Shown one piece after another: positions 23,684-36,890 of a DNA stretch of 46,832 nucleotides; position 1 is the stretch's first letter, and each line of letters starts with the position of its first letter. Source of the stretch: Tubiluchus corallicola. Taxonomy: Eukaryota; Animalia; Priapulida. The stretch spans positions 1 to 46,832 of the forward strand of contig JAQGDQ010001333.1 of NCBI GenBank assembly GCA_030141605.1, written 5' to 3'. The position numbers were made by a program, and so were the translations under genes. Under the pieces are notes generated by a model. It saw nothing but the letters and a program-made list of their open reading frames with translations. It searched no databases and was not told the DNA's origin.

Positions 23684-24066
23684 ATTTGGTTTAAACATAA
23701 CTTATTGAAGATGTAACATCTAGGTTTGAAACAGACAGTTTTACAACTGATATATGTTCTCCCCTAGTGGAAGCGAAACGCTAGACAGATGCAGAACAAT
23801 GGTGACCACAATGTACAAAAAATGTCACACAAAATATGAACATTACTATGTAACAAGAGTAACATAGTTAATACTATTTAAAGCGCTTGGTGTTTGAAAT
23901 AAAATACTGCACTAAAAAACAAAAATTTGAGTGTTCACAGAATTATCTAGGGTATGGTTCCCGTGCAGGAACAAACGTACAAGTTCTTTTGATGCAAGAC
24001 TGTAAACATTAATGTTAAAGGCTGAGAAGAGAGTTGTAAATAAGTCATGTCTGGCCTGATGGTAAA
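23684..24066. repeat. ~390-bp dispersed direct repeat (copy of 10646-11037)
   Basis: Direct sequence match. Confidence 0.9.
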
Positions 24067-24174
24067 CACTTAAATTGATTTCTTGGCGGTGGATTCTTAA
24101 AACAATTTTCTTAATTGAATTATTAGACAGCTTGCAATGTGGTTAAAAGCATTACGTTTAGCTTTAATATTAAT

Positions 24175-24740
24175 ACAAATCATGTTTAAAACACCGGTTC
24201 TCGTCTGATCACCGAAGTTAAGCAACGTAGAGCCTGGTTAGTACTTGGTTGGGTGACCGCCTGAGCATACCAGGTGCTATAGGTTTGCGGGATGCCCACA
24301 CTATATCTCGACACTAGGCGGAGGAGCTGCACAAGCAGCCAACAGCTAGAGGGCGGAGGAGCTCAAGTGACCCAACGGCCATGTGTAGAGGAGTAAACCT
24401 TCCAAATCAGGAGTGGAGCCCCGAAGGCAGACCAGTGCAGCATGCTCACTGACTCCGGCAGCTCCTGCAGCCAACCTGGTGCCAAACGTATCGCTCCGCT
24501 TTCCTGTGAACTACGCCAGCAAGGAAGAGAGGGGGTTCCTGTTGTCTGGGCAACTCGGGATCTCCATACACCTTGCCCAAGCGTGCGTCTTGGAGAGGCC
24601 ACTCCAGTGGTTCAAGGATCGGACTGCTCAGCCACAGTCAACGCTGCAGCTCCATCAATGTGATCAATAACTGACTCTCTTGGCGCACACTCCATTGTCT
24701 TCCAAGAAAGAAGGATGCCAAGCAACTAGCTTTAATAATA
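24175..24740 (+). mobile_element. 5S rRNA-derived SINE (SINE3), copy 1
   Basis: 5S-like head aaaacaccggttctcgtctgatcaccgaagttaagcaacg...gtacttggttgggtgaccgcctg...gtgctatagg (to ~24283) fused to a ~450-bp GC-rich body shared with 33665-34228. Confidence 0.85.
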
Positions 24741-26875
24741 CTACTGTAAGTTACATGTAAGTGTATGCGCTGTACTTTCTGTTGCAATATATTCGCTTAA
24801 GTTGAGAGACTAGTGGTTGATTATGGTTTTGATCCCATGCATACTATTATATGCGCCACCTTCTTGGAGATGACCACTTCATGTTTAATTGCTTATAGCC
24901 ATTTATACTCACGAGCAATGTCCCCGAGTGTTGACTTAAAGCAAAACCGAACCAAATCTTAAAGTGTAGGTCAAAACTATTTAGTTTATACAATATTGAA
25001 AGGAAACATACTATTTTTTTCCAGAATGACTTATGCGAAAGAATTATTACCACACAAACACAGTTTCGTGTTCGCGCCACTAGTTCTTCGCTGTTACATG
25101 TCTTTCGCCATTTGCTAGTTAGACAGAGTGCTATATAGATTCATGAAAGTTGCAATTGCAGTAAAGATTTGAAGTAGGGGCTCAGACAATAGTTTGTTGA
25201 CCTCAGTAAAAGGGTCAAAGGCACACAACATTGAATCAGTTTGAGTCATAACATTGAATAACTCGAAAACTATAGTAGATAGAGTCACGAAACATGAAGG
25301 GTAGACAGGTGGGGTAAGGATTCAGACAAGGGCATTGCTTAAAACCTGGAATTATTTATTATTAAGGGTCCGGGGTAAGAGCCGTAGCACGAAAATTCTG
25401 GCAAACTGCTCTATTAGGCACACATGAGCATAACAATCTATACTTTTGACATGAGTAAATCACACTGAAAAAAGTGTAGCAAAGCGATAGGCACGGACAT
25501 GATCGCGGATTTTGATGTGAATTCATTTAGTCTCATTGTGCTATATTTACATTAGTTTAAACTTTCTTTATCTAAAGTGAATTTAGAATACAGTCTACGT
25601 CTGATACAGATATCTTCACAGTGGTAGTGCTAATCCCAATGTGCTAATAAAAGAATAATAAGTGTTACAATCAATGTAGTACTTCATCAGATCAAGTAAG
25701 TGGTTCAAACAAAATTTGGAGAAAATGCACTAAGCCTTTATAAATGCTATAATATTATTTAGAACATATAATATTCTGTTGTACTTTTTTAACAAAGTCT
25801 ACAGTAATTTTTCTAGAACAAGCTTATCTCACGTTTGTAACTTTTCTACAGTATTATTCTCCTTCTTGTGGCTTAATGTTGTCTACTAACACCAGAAGAA
25901 AACAGTCTTGACTTACACCTAATTCAACTGACCTTCATTTCCTGATCAGTTATTTAGCGTGAAAATTAACCTTCGGCCATCATGTTAGAGTTTTCCAGGT
26001 AACTGGACTACATATCGCTAATAGTTATCGAAAAAATTAATCATTGCTCAAATTTGAAATTCTCCTGAATCGTGAATAGAGATTTATCCAACGACTATGT
26101 TTACCATTTAATTATTATTAATTATTTAACTGCATGGTTAATGAAAAATTTATGAAAATTAATTCTGGCAAGATCTGATAGTTTTCGCCAATTTATCATG
26201 AGAAGAGCTTCCACAGAACTAGTAAAATTAAGACTGGTGTCATTATGACATTTTTCACTTTCCTCGATATTGTTAGCGTTATTAGTGAATAATGATTTGA
26301 TTGAATGTCGTAAAAAAATTAAGTGCAGGGCTTCTGGCCTAGAGTTATAAGAACTGTGGTCCGCGGAAACAAAACAAAACTGAATAGAAGGCGTGGCTGT
26401 TATGCTGTTAATATTCAAGTTTCAGCTCATTACCTAGGGCCACAGCGGCAAATTGTCTAAAATGGCACAAAAGTTCGTAAAAGGAAAAATGAAGTTGTAG
26501 CGCTTCTTAACTGTGGCACAACAGAGTAACTCTTAATGTCATTATTTAGATATTCTGATATTTTAGTTTACTGAAATGAAGTTAAAAAATTCGGATATTG
26601 CTGATTCGGACTTTCTAACCTAAACTTTGAATGATTACGTTTTAAATGAAAAGGGATTTTATTTAACGGCATGTAGATCACTAGAATGACTGGGACCAAC
26701 CGTGCGTACCGGTAGCAGTTCTTACCGACAGTGTGACGAATCTTGGTCTTATACTTTTGTCATTGGCCTATGAGGAAGTTTTTGAATTGTGTGCACAAAG
26801 CCACAAACAGTATAAATTTTGTTTCTTTAAATTATTACCATTTCGCTGTACTTTCTTTTTTTGTCAGTAGTAGGC

Positions 26876-27190
26876 CTGCAGTGATGTATTTCACCAGTTG
26901 CTATTAAAACTGGACTATTTTTTCATTGATAAATTTTTGGCTTGTTTACCAATGTAACTTTTATTTTTAATTATCAGAATTGTTTTGCTCTGACACCGGT
27001 TTTGTACTCATTCTTGTTCATTTAATACAATGCTTTGCCAGTTACTCATTGTGATGCCATCAATGTGCACTAAATTTTCATCAGAATTTGGATTCAATGA
27101 CAACCGTAAATGGTTATCTGTTAATAGCTAGCTTCTCGTCATTTTGAGAGCAGTTAGTAAAGACTACGTAGAATATTCGCACATCATTGC
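26876..27190. repeat. ~315-bp segment duplicated at 28779-29090; holds a single monomer of the 163-bp array
   Basis: ctgcagtgatgtatttcaccagttgc...gaatattcgcacatcattgc present at both sites. Confidence 0.9.
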
Positions 27191-28126
27191 CATCTTTTCG
27201 GGACCAGAAAGAAAAGATTAGATAGAATGATCATGTATTACTGATTATCAGTGAATGGATTTTTTAATCGTTTTTATCATCGTGCCAAATGCTTATAGTT
27301 GTAGCTGTTATTTTGAGGCATGGCCAGCCGGGGGTGATGTGGCATGTTTTGCTTATATTAGAACATCTCAATAGAACACTATTGCAGAAAAATTGGCGTC
27401 TGCAAAGCAGCTGATTAATTGCTGTGCAACAAGTGTGCTGTGCTCGGCATAATTTCATCAACATTTACTGTTGCACCGTATGTAATTCTCAATAAGCCTT
27501 CTCACGGTTCCAGTGATTGATGACGATTGTGGAAAGGTCAAAGGTTACGTGTGCCAGACAACACATTTGCATTCACTTGACAAAGCCTCGAAGACCAAAA
27601 TTGTAACAGTTTAGCAGCTAGCTAGAATCTTACCTAGTTCATTTTTCTTGTTCCCAAGCAAGTTCCTGCTAGTAAATCATTCTATGCACAGACTAATGCA
27701 TAATAAGGTAAAATGCAGGCAAACAACTGAAGTTACTGAACTGACTCATCAGATGACTTTGCTTATGCTACATGTCACGTGAAGGTTTTAGTTAACACGC
27801 TTTGCTTTGGTACATGTAACCTTTGACCTACAGTAACTGCGCATGTGCACAACAAAACTGAAAAGGCTCATTGAATCTAATCTTCAATTAAAAGGTCTTT
27901 TTTCTAGAAACTGTAATCATTTTTGAGATTTTTGTCTATTTTTGCATCTGTAAGTGGAATTCTTGCTGTTTTAGTAGCTAAATCAGTATTATTTACCTTT
28001 TACATCAACGTTTCTCTAAAGGCATAATAACGCATGTTTGGTTGTAGATTTGTGAAAACTTAAACCTCATTTTTATCACATTTTTAGATAGTGGACGGCT
28101 TGTCGGCGCTGAGCAAAACCTTTGTG

Positions 28127-28276
28127 ATGACAGTAGCAGACAGCGTCCCAAGAAAACGTCTGCGTCTTTGTCGTCGACCGTTTACCAAAGCTGCAACGAG
28201 TTTAGAAAACATGCCGCCGAATGCAACGTTTAGCGATTCAGCTAATGAAACGCCCGAAAAATTGAAAAATGAACAG
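28127..28276 (+). CDS. USP1: USP1-like deubiquitinase, coding exon 1 (acceptor at 28088; start codon inferred)
   Basis: MTVADSVPRKRLRLCRRPF...KNEQ|gtatga; phase 0 matches the next exon; frame also open back to the acceptor. Confidence 0.7.
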
Positions 28277-28935
28277 GTATGAAAGGCTAAGATTCTAGTT
28301 GATCTTTTCAAAATATTTTGTAATCAAAATAAATTTTTACTGTGCACATGTTATGTTCATTTTTTAGTTTTGACGATTAGTATGTGTGGCATGTGGTGAA
28401 AATACTGACCGCGTCTAATCGGTTTTCTTTTAAATTTAAATTTTGACTGTTGAATGCTCACAAGTTGAGCATTGCTTTTTCCATCACTTGTCACACAAAA
28501 GTATAAACAAGAATGTCCTGTAAACCTTGTTTTATGATAGAGCTGAGATGATTTGGCTTTTTAACTAACTGTTTAAACGTTATTAATTGCGGTCGGTTAA
28601 CCTTGTTAACCGTTCCTGATGACGTCATACATATAATAAAATGTCGGATACACATGACGAACTATTAACAAAGAAATTGCCTAACACTATCCCTATTATT
28701 TGATCATAAATTCAACTTAATATTTCTTCAGTACGTGATTTAATTATGAAGCCTTTTGAATGTTTGAATCTTAAAGTTCTGCAGTGATGTATTTCACCAG
28801 TTGCTATTAAAACTGGACTATCTTTTCATTGATAAATTTTTACATTACTTGTTTGCTAGTGTAACTTAATAATCAGAATTGTTTTGCTGTGACACTGGTT
28901 TTGTACTCATTCTTGTTCATGTTATACAAAGCTTT

Positions 28936-30402
28936 GCCAGTTACTCATTGTGATGCCATCAATGTGCGCTAAATTTTCATCAGGATTGGATTCAATGACA
29001 ACCGTAAATGGCTATCTGTTAATAGCTAGCTTCTCGTCATTTTGAGAGCAGTTAGTAAAGACTACGTAGAATATTCGCACATCATTGCATAACTCTATGC
29101 CAGTTACTCATTGTGATGCCATCAATGTGCACTAAATTTTCATCAGGATTGGATTCAATGACAACCGTAAATGGCTATCTGTTAATAGCTAGCTTCTCGT
29201 CATTTTGAGAGCAGTTAGTAAAGACTACGTAGAATATTCGCACATCATTGCATAACTCTATGCCAGTTACTCATTGTGATGCCATCAATGTGCACTAAAT
29301 TTTCATCAGGATTGGATTCAATGACAACCGTAAATGGCTATCTGTTAATAGCTAGCTTCTCGTCATTTTGAGAGCAGTTAGTAAAGACTACGTAGAATAT
29401 TCGCACATCATTGCATAACTCTATGCCAGTTACTCATTGTGATGCCATCAATGTGCACTAAATTTTCATCAGGATTGGATTCAATGACAACCGTAAATGG
29501 CTATCTGTTAATAGCTAGCTTCTCGTCATTTTGAGAGCAGTTAGTAAAGACTACGTAGAATATTCGCACATCATTGAATAACTCTATGCCAGTTACTCAT
29601 TGTGATGCCATCAATGTGCACTAAATTTTCATCAGGATTGGATTCAATGATAACCGTAAATGGCTATCTGTTAATAGCTAGCTTCTCGTCATTTTGAGAG
29701 CAGTTAGTAAAGACTACGTAGAATATTCGCACATCATTGCATAACTCTATGCCAGTTACTCATTGTGATGCCATCAATGTGCACTAAATTTTCATCAGGA
29801 TTGGATTCAATGACAACCGTAAATGGCTATCTGTTAATAGCTAGCTTCTCGTCATTTTGAGAGCAGTTAGTAAAGACTACGTAGAATATTCGCACATCAT
29901 TGCATAACTCTATGCCAGTTACTCATTGTGATGCCATCAATGTGCACTAAATTTTCATCAGGATTGGATTCAATGACAACCGTAAATGGCTATCTGTTAA
30001 TAGCTAGCTTCTCGTCATTTTGAGAGCAGTTAGTAAAGACTACGTAGAATATTCGCACATCATTGCATAACTCTATGCCAGTTACTCATTGTGATGCCAT
30101 CAATGTGCACTAAATTTTCATCAGGATTGGATTCAATGACAACCGTAAATGGCTATCTGTTAATAGCTAGCTTCTCGTCATTTTGAGAGCAGTTAGTAAA
30201 GACTACGTAGAATATTCGCACATCATTGCATAACTCTATGCCAGTTACTCATTGTGATGCCATCAATGTGCACTAAATTTTCATCAGGATTGGATTCAAT
30301 GACAACCGTAAATGGCTATCTGTTAATAGCTAGCTTCTCGTCATTTTGAGAGCAGTTAGTAAAGACTACGTAGAATATTCGCACATCATTGCATAACTCT
30401 AT
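28936..30402. repeat. 163-bp tandem array, 9 near-identical copies, in a USP1 intron
   Basis: gccagttactcattgtgatgcc recurs at 29099, 29262 and onward with a 163-bp period. Confidence 0.97.
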
Positions 30403-30664
30403 CCCCATTATGTATGATCAACTATTGCGAAGAAATTGCCTAATTCTATCCTCAATACTTGATCATAAATTCATTCAACTTAATATTCCTTCAGTGCGTG
30501 ATTTTATTATGAACCCTTTTGAATGTTTGAATCTTAAAGTTTTTGAACAACAAAATTCAATTTATAAAAAAATACCAGCGACACAATTCTGTTAATTCCT
30601 GATTTACAAATTAAGACTAAAATATCATAATAGCATTTTACAAATTTGCTTTTTTTGTCGGTAG

Positions 30665-30916
30665 GTGAAGGCTGTCGAACAGACAAGTGCGAACGAAAAC
30701 CTAGGAAACGCTATTGATCAAGTGCTAGAGAATAAACTCACTTCCGCTGCATTTCACTCTTCGTCAAAGATTTCCGGTCTTGGCAACATTGGAAACTCTT
30801 GCTTTCTCAACAGCGTCCTGCAAGTCTTACGCCATACGCCTGGGTTTTCGCTTAACCTGCAGAACTTGTGTGTTGCTATGAAGGAGAAAGAAACCAGCTA
30901 TGGTGCAGTGAAAATG
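30665..30916 (+). CDS. USP1: USP1-like exon 2 (Cys box; GC donor)
   Basis: GLGNIGNSCFLNSVLQVLRHTPGF; gtag|GTG...AAA ATG|gcaagt, phase 0. Confidence 0.88.
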
Positions 30917-31085
30917 GCAAGTATTAGATATAGCTTCAATACACATTTTTGCCACAGGTGTAAATAATTTTTTAATACAGTATCCTAATATTATGATCTG
31001 ATCTTTTGCTACACTATGACCTTTTGTTGTATTGCCCAATATGATCATCATTCTCGTATCATACACATGTAGATATGAGGCACTA

Positions 31086-31548
31086 CAGTGGCCGCCGCTT
31101 ATTATGGACACGGTTATTGTGGACAACTCGCGAGGGACGGAATTTTCCCCTAATAAAATCCGCCGGTTAATATGGACAACCGCCGCTTAATATGGACAGC
31201 GAACATTCTTGGCACGTGAACCAGCCGTGCCAACCACGGCCTGCGCGCGTGATTGAAAAGAGCTTCCCGCTCTGCTGCCTGTGTGAGTCATTGCATCAGT
31301 CAGTTCGCCGTTTGCCGTGGCCTTGAGAGCTTCGAAACTGTGATAACTTCCTTCCGTTCAAGGTTGAGAGAAAAGTTTCCTGCCAAACAAACTCGTCCGA
31401 CTTCTTTTTTTTCAATAAAACAGGAGACGAGTTGATACAGACAGTTTTTTGCCTTTTTTAATGATGGGGGAGGGTCTTCATGGGTCATTTCGCTTAATAT
31501 GGACATACACTGCTGGCCCGAGGTGTCCACAATAAGCGGCGGCCACTG
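31086..31548 (+). mobile_element. pogo/Tigger-type MITE (463 bp) with TA TSD and 26-bp TIRs
   Basis: ta|cagtggccgccgcttattatggacac ... gtgtccacaataagcggcggccactg|ta. Confidence 0.9.
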
Positions 31549-33468
31549 TATTTTTATTTTTTTGACATACTAACAAAAATAACATGTTATTAAAGTCAAA
31601 AATATTTTGATTTTTAACTACTAACATGATTTTTTTATATAATATGATACGTGTAAGTCATAAGTCTCCCACATGCTGCTAATAGCACTACTAAATAAAA
31701 CTAAATACAATACTAATGTTTTATAAATAAGTGTTACTGCTAGGCGATCATTCCGGTCTTTCATCACACCGCCTCAGTGCAATTATAATAAACTGTGTGT
31801 AATTAAATAGTATATTATATGCATCTGGAATGAGACAAGTAAACTAAACTGTGAAAATGAGGTGAGTACAGTAAGTCCGCGCTTAACGACGCTAATGCAT
31901 TCCAGCAAAATGCAACGTTACGAGAAACGTTACAAAGCCAAGACTACCATAGAAAGTAATGTAAAAGAACTGAGATACGTTCCAGGGGCAAAAATAAATG
32001 CTGCTTAAATCATAAATTAAACGTTTTATGAGTTTTATTCATATTTCTACGGATTAATTTCTCTCTGCTTGCGTGAAACCACCTATATATTTTACTCACC
32101 ATTGGCTAGCTCTAGCGGTTTCTCTTTCGTTAACGTTTAAGCCTACACTGTGGTTAAACAATAAACACTGCAGGCCAGGTCCCAGACGATCTTAAGAATT
32201 TTATCTAGATATTCACTCTGACTGCTGTAGCAACAAGTTGCACGCAGCTCTCACTTGATATAAACGGCTAGTATTTAATAGTCAGTCGGGAAGCAAAAAT
32301 GTGTATAATAATTACACTACTTACTTTACTAGTGCATTTTTAGAATCATTGTTTCAATTAATTTGGTTGCCTAAGAAGCATCTAAACGGTAAACCGCGAA
32401 AAAGTTTTCTTGCTTATGTTACGTGGATGCCGCCATGTTGTACATTCTCGCTGGCGCATGCTAGATTGGAACCCCACCGCTTACTCGTGCGACAAATGAA
32501 TGAATGTATGACATCATTGGGAACTGTTAACTGACTGCAATTAATAACTTTTGGAAAGTTAGTTATAAACCTAACCGTCTGAGTCCTACATCAAACGTCT
32601 CTGTGCAGCCATCGTACATTTTTTCTTTAAGGGATTTCCTGACATTGTAATCCAGAGATTTGAACCCCATTATTTGCTTGGCAACAAATATTTATCAGCG
32701 CCTTATTTTCTCGTGTCGTAACCATGATATAAACTGATTCGTTTCTTTATTGTTTTGCTCTGTGTACTGAGTGCTTTACACGTCACCTAACGTGGCTTTT
32801 TCCAGTTGATGATTAGCCGACATTGTTCCGGCATTTCATTTCTTGGCATGTAAAAGTTTTTCGAAAGTAAGATGCACAAACTAACTATATAAATTCACAT
32901 AACGTATTTTCGTCCTAATTTTGTTACGTAATTGTCGTGATGACAAAAGGTATAACAGTAGACTATACTTTAAACGTTTATTGATACTGAAGTTTCCACA
33001 GAAAAACAGGTAAAAATGATGTCTGCATATAATTTATTGTAAAAGCCAACTCGTAGTACAGAATATAGCAAAACTAGAGCAACCGTTCACTATTAGGTTA
33101 AACCAATTTTTAGAATAGGTAACAGATAGATAGAAGCCATATGTACTACAGTAATAGCGGTTTTACAGGTTATTAATCTAATTGCAAATTAAATGTAATT
33201 TTTTATGATTTTTGGTCGTTCACAACGACAATAATTATGAGGAGTTCAAATGATAATTGAATCTTTTCTTTTCGAATGCTGAAATGATTCTGTAGCTAAC
33301 TAATATACTGCCAATACGCTGATACAGACAAGCAACTGCAGTAATTAGTTGCATACTTTTGTTTTCATTGACACACATCATAGACATTAGCCGTAGTGCA
33401 ATAAGTTGTGCTTTCAGACATATTTCATATTTCAAGGATAATAATCCCGTCTTCCATCAATATTACAG

Positions 33469-33635
33469 GAAAGTTCTGTTGCTGAGAATGCTAATCAGGA
33501 GACATGTACAATGAGGACGCCAGCATGGACGTTGCCCGAACAGCTGCTAGAGTTATTTGCTGATATGGAGAGAGCAGAACGGCAAAACTGTTCCTCTCCT
33601 GCTGTCTACCCACGTAACTTACTTTCCTCCCTTAG
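33469..33635 (+). CDS. USP1: USP1-like exon 3 (phase 0 to 2)
   Basis: ttacag|GAA AGT...CTT AG|gtgggt; ...LLELFADMERAERQNCSSPAVYPRNLLSSLR. Confidence 0.85.
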
Positions 33636-33664
33636 GTGGGTACTTTTATTTGAAATGATAATAC

Positions 33665-34228
33665 TTAGTTATTGTTGATGTTGGCATCCTTCTGTCTCGG
33701 AAGACAATGGAGTGTGCGCCAAGAGAGTCAGTTATTGATCACATTGATGGAGCTGCAGCATCGACTGTGGCTGAGCAGTGCGATCCTTGAACCACTGGAG
33801 TGGCCTCTACAGGGCGCACACCTGGGCAAGGTGTATGGAGATCCTGAGTTGCCTAGACAACAGGAACCCCCTCTCTTCCTTCCAGGTGTAGTCCAAAGGA
33901 AAGCGGAGCGATACGTTTGGCAGGTTGACTGTAGGAGCTGCCGGAGTCAGTGAGCATGCTGCACTGGTCCGCCTTCGGGGCTCCACTCCTGATTTGGAAG
34001 GTTTACTCCTCTACACATGGCCGTTGGGTCACTTGACCTCCTCCGCCCTCTAGCCGTTGGCTGCTTGTGTAGCTCTTCCTCCTAGTGTCAAGATACAGTG
34101 TGGGCATCCCGTAAGCCTACAGCACCTGGCATTCCTATCCACCCATCCAAGTACTAACTAGGCTCTACGTTGCTTAACCTCGGTGATCAGACGAGAACCT
34201 GTGTTTTCAACGTGATTTGGCCGTAGTC
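33665..34228 (-). mobile_element. 5S rRNA-derived SINE (SINE3), copy 2
   Basis: Minus strand begins gactacggccaaatcacgttgaaaacacaggttctcgtctgatcaccgaggttaagcaacg (5S 5' end); body homologous to copy 1. Confidence 0.85.
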
Positions 34229-34974
34229 TGAGTATTGACTAGTTTATAAGTAACAACATTTTGTGTAGAATTTAATAAATAATTCGTGTAGACATCGTTA
34301 ATATACCTTTAACTCCTTCAGAACTCTGTTGTATTTTTCAGCGGTTCCTGAAAAACTGCTCTCATTAAGCTAAGCAGCGATTACATTATATTTGTTAATT
34401 TTTGTAGGTTTCTACTCTTCACTTAATGGGTTTTTATGCCAAATTATAAACGAAATGCATTTGCTTACCTTAGACAAATTAAAAATTGATTTTGTTGAAA
34501 AAATTGAAAAAAAGTTTTCAGTAACTGCAGTGCTTGCAGTGTAACAAAGTACAGTATCACTTGTGTGAAATCGACTAATGCAGAGAATTTCAACTATCCA
34601 GATACAACACTATGATCGGTTGGTTTTTCTTGGACCTCAGTTCTCTAGCGCTACAGCAAACAGGCGATCAATAAATTAGTGTATATGAACACGCAAGTGT
34701 ACACAACACTAAGCTACTCAATAGGCTGAGTCAGAGTGCATGAAAAGGGCGTTTTTCTTAATTTTATCCAGTTAAAATTGTCTAAACGATTGGATAGCTG
34801 AGATTCTCCTGAATAGGACAGTTTCTAATTTGTAATCATTTAGTTATGTCTGTGTTCATACAGTAGCAGAAAAGTTATAGGTCTTATAAGACCTATTTTG
34901 AATGGTGCGGTCCTGAAGGAGTTAAGAAAAAATTGAATAAATACAAATCGAATGATTTTATGTATGCTTTGCAG

Positions 34975-35075
34975 ATATTTGAGTCCTCAGTATGAGGGCA
35001 ATCTACAGCATGACGTTCAGGAGTTGTTGCACTGCATTCTGGGACATTTACAGAATACAGTTGATCAGATCACAG
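34975..35075 (+). CDS. USP1: USP1-like exon 4 (QHD box; phase 2 to 1)
   Basis: RYLSPQYEGNLQHDVQELLHCILGHLQNTVDQIT, resembling vertebrate USP1 NPMYEGYLQHDAQEVLQCILG. Confidence 0.92.
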
Positions 35076-35235
35076 GTTTGTTTCACGATTTACAATTCTT
35101 CACCAGGCCTAGCTAATAGATTGGGTGTTTTTTTAATTTCTAATTTCACTTGCATCAAGATTTTCGCACTGTTTGCTCAAGGGCACTTTTATTGATTTTG
35201 TGCGGTTATAGAATTACGGAAGTATCATGGAATTA

Positions 35236-36297
35236 CTGTAAGTCCTCGCTTTAACGACCCCCTGTTTACCGACATTTCGTTTTAATGACGTTGAACATTT
35301 GATGCGTTTTTCTCACTTAACGATGCATGTTTCATTTTAACTACAATTTACTTTTCTCACAGCCATGTTTTATTTTATCAACAACTTTTTTTACCTAATG
35401 TGAAACATTAAAATGGTACATATTGCATTATTCTATTGTAAAACGCATTAGTAACACAAACAGCGCAATTATTATGATGTTCTTGCTTCCTGACTGACTA
35501 CGTACTTCTACTGAGTATGTTTGTATCAAGTGAGATCTATTTACCGATTTATATGCCTCCAGACACCCGAGTTTAAACTTTATGCCAAGTTTTGTCTGCA
35601 ACATGTTGCTATAACAACCAGATTGAAATTGTCTGAAAGTTGTTCCATGCAGGGCTTGGCTTTCACTATGCATAACTGCTAACTGCCTGTATATATGTTT
35701 TAATGAACGAGAAGTCACTAACAACTCTAGCTGTACATTGGTAAGAATGATAGTTGGTTTCAAGCAAGCAGAAAATAATTAATCTGCAAAAACACGAGTA
35801 AAACTCGTAAAATATTTGATGTATATGATGTAAGCAGCATTGATTTTTGCCTCTGGAACGTATCTCTTATATTAATATTCTTGGTATATATATTTATTTA
35901 TTTATTTATATATATATAAGATTCGAGGCTACAGCCCGGACGAGGGCACCATTTGCGGCGATCTATATATCAAAAGAAAGGTCTCGATCTAGTGTCGTCT
36001 CATTGGGGGTTTATTTTTTCGAATCGGGCCCACCGCGAGGAAGGGGGGGGGCGAAAAACTTCCAAAAATGGCCATTTCTCGGCCGTTTTTTGCAAAAGTT
36101 ATACAGCTGAGATGTAGAGAACGGGAATGGGCCAGGGTGGTGCTGGCTATGGATAGATACCCCATTCAGCGGTGGGTGTAGTAGGCATATTTAGAATCTC
36201 AATTATTTTACATTACTTTCTATGGAAGTCTTGGTTTCGTTTAACAACGTTTCACTTAACGTCGCGTTTTGCTGAAACTCATTAGCATCGTTAAGCA
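35236..36297. mobile_element. Decayed Tigger-like MITE with a probable nested insertion (~35900-36200); related end at ~31868-31990
   Basis: 36200-36297 is the reverse complement of ~31880-31965; left end ctgtaagtcctcgctttaacgac resembles cagtaagtccgcgcttaacgac at 31869. Confidence 0.5.
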
Positions 36298-36299
36298 GT

Positions 36300-36660
36300 T
36301 AAATTCCTTTAACTTTATTTTCAAACACTTAGCTATTTGTTACTGTGTCAATTTCTGCTCTACAGGTCTGCTTAATTCTTACCTATTTGGCTTTTGTAAA
36401 TACACAATTTGTGCAAAATGTTTTATACTGTAGGTTCTGCTTATATAAACTGGTTGTATGTTTGTAAAAATTTACGACTGAAGACGACAGCAGTAACTCT
36501 ATCGAAGCGTTTGACATGATTTTTAACTATGTAAATTAAAAATTTTTAATAAAGTTGCGATGTTTTAACTATAAATGTTTTTAATCGCCGGTAGTAAAAA
36601 AATGGTTGCTTGCGGTCAGTTAACCGTTCCCGATGATGTCATACTTATAACCAAATAACA
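36300..36660 (+). mobile_element. Penelope-like pseudo-LTR fragment
   Basis: Matches ~20690-21000; contains a ctgaagac...tcgaagcgttt decayed hammerhead core. Confidence 0.7.
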
Positions 36661-36890
36661 TATACACTTGACGAACTAATATGAAGACATTTTGTAACTC
36701 TGACCACATTATATAATCATAGAAATTTACTATTTCTTCAGTATGTGAATTAAACGTGAAGCCCTTTGAATGTTTTTGAACAACAAAGTTTAATTTATAA
36801 AGAAATACCTGCAATTACCCCCTCCGAATCGTGCCATGTTTACTCACACATCGTGGAATCACCACTTGCACAAACGTTTGTATTTTTCAG

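Noticed and set aside
24175-24283. Functional 5S rRNA gene
   Set aside because: Mismatches, eroded 5' end, no TTTT terminator and fused to a shared SINE body; copy 2 has an internal deletion
24363-24670. Short ORFs in the GC-rich block (also 33672-33953)
   Set aside because: They lie in the SINE body and the frames are not conserved between the two copies
27490-27875. Inverted repeat upstream of USP1 as a regulatory hairpin
   Set aside because: Short degenerate arms (ggtcaaaggttac / gtaacctttgacc) are more consistent with an old MITE; boundaries unsupported
35900-36200. Helitron/Helentron-like insertion
   Set aside because: The AT-repeat start and GC-rich interior are suggestive, but no termini or hairpin could be defined
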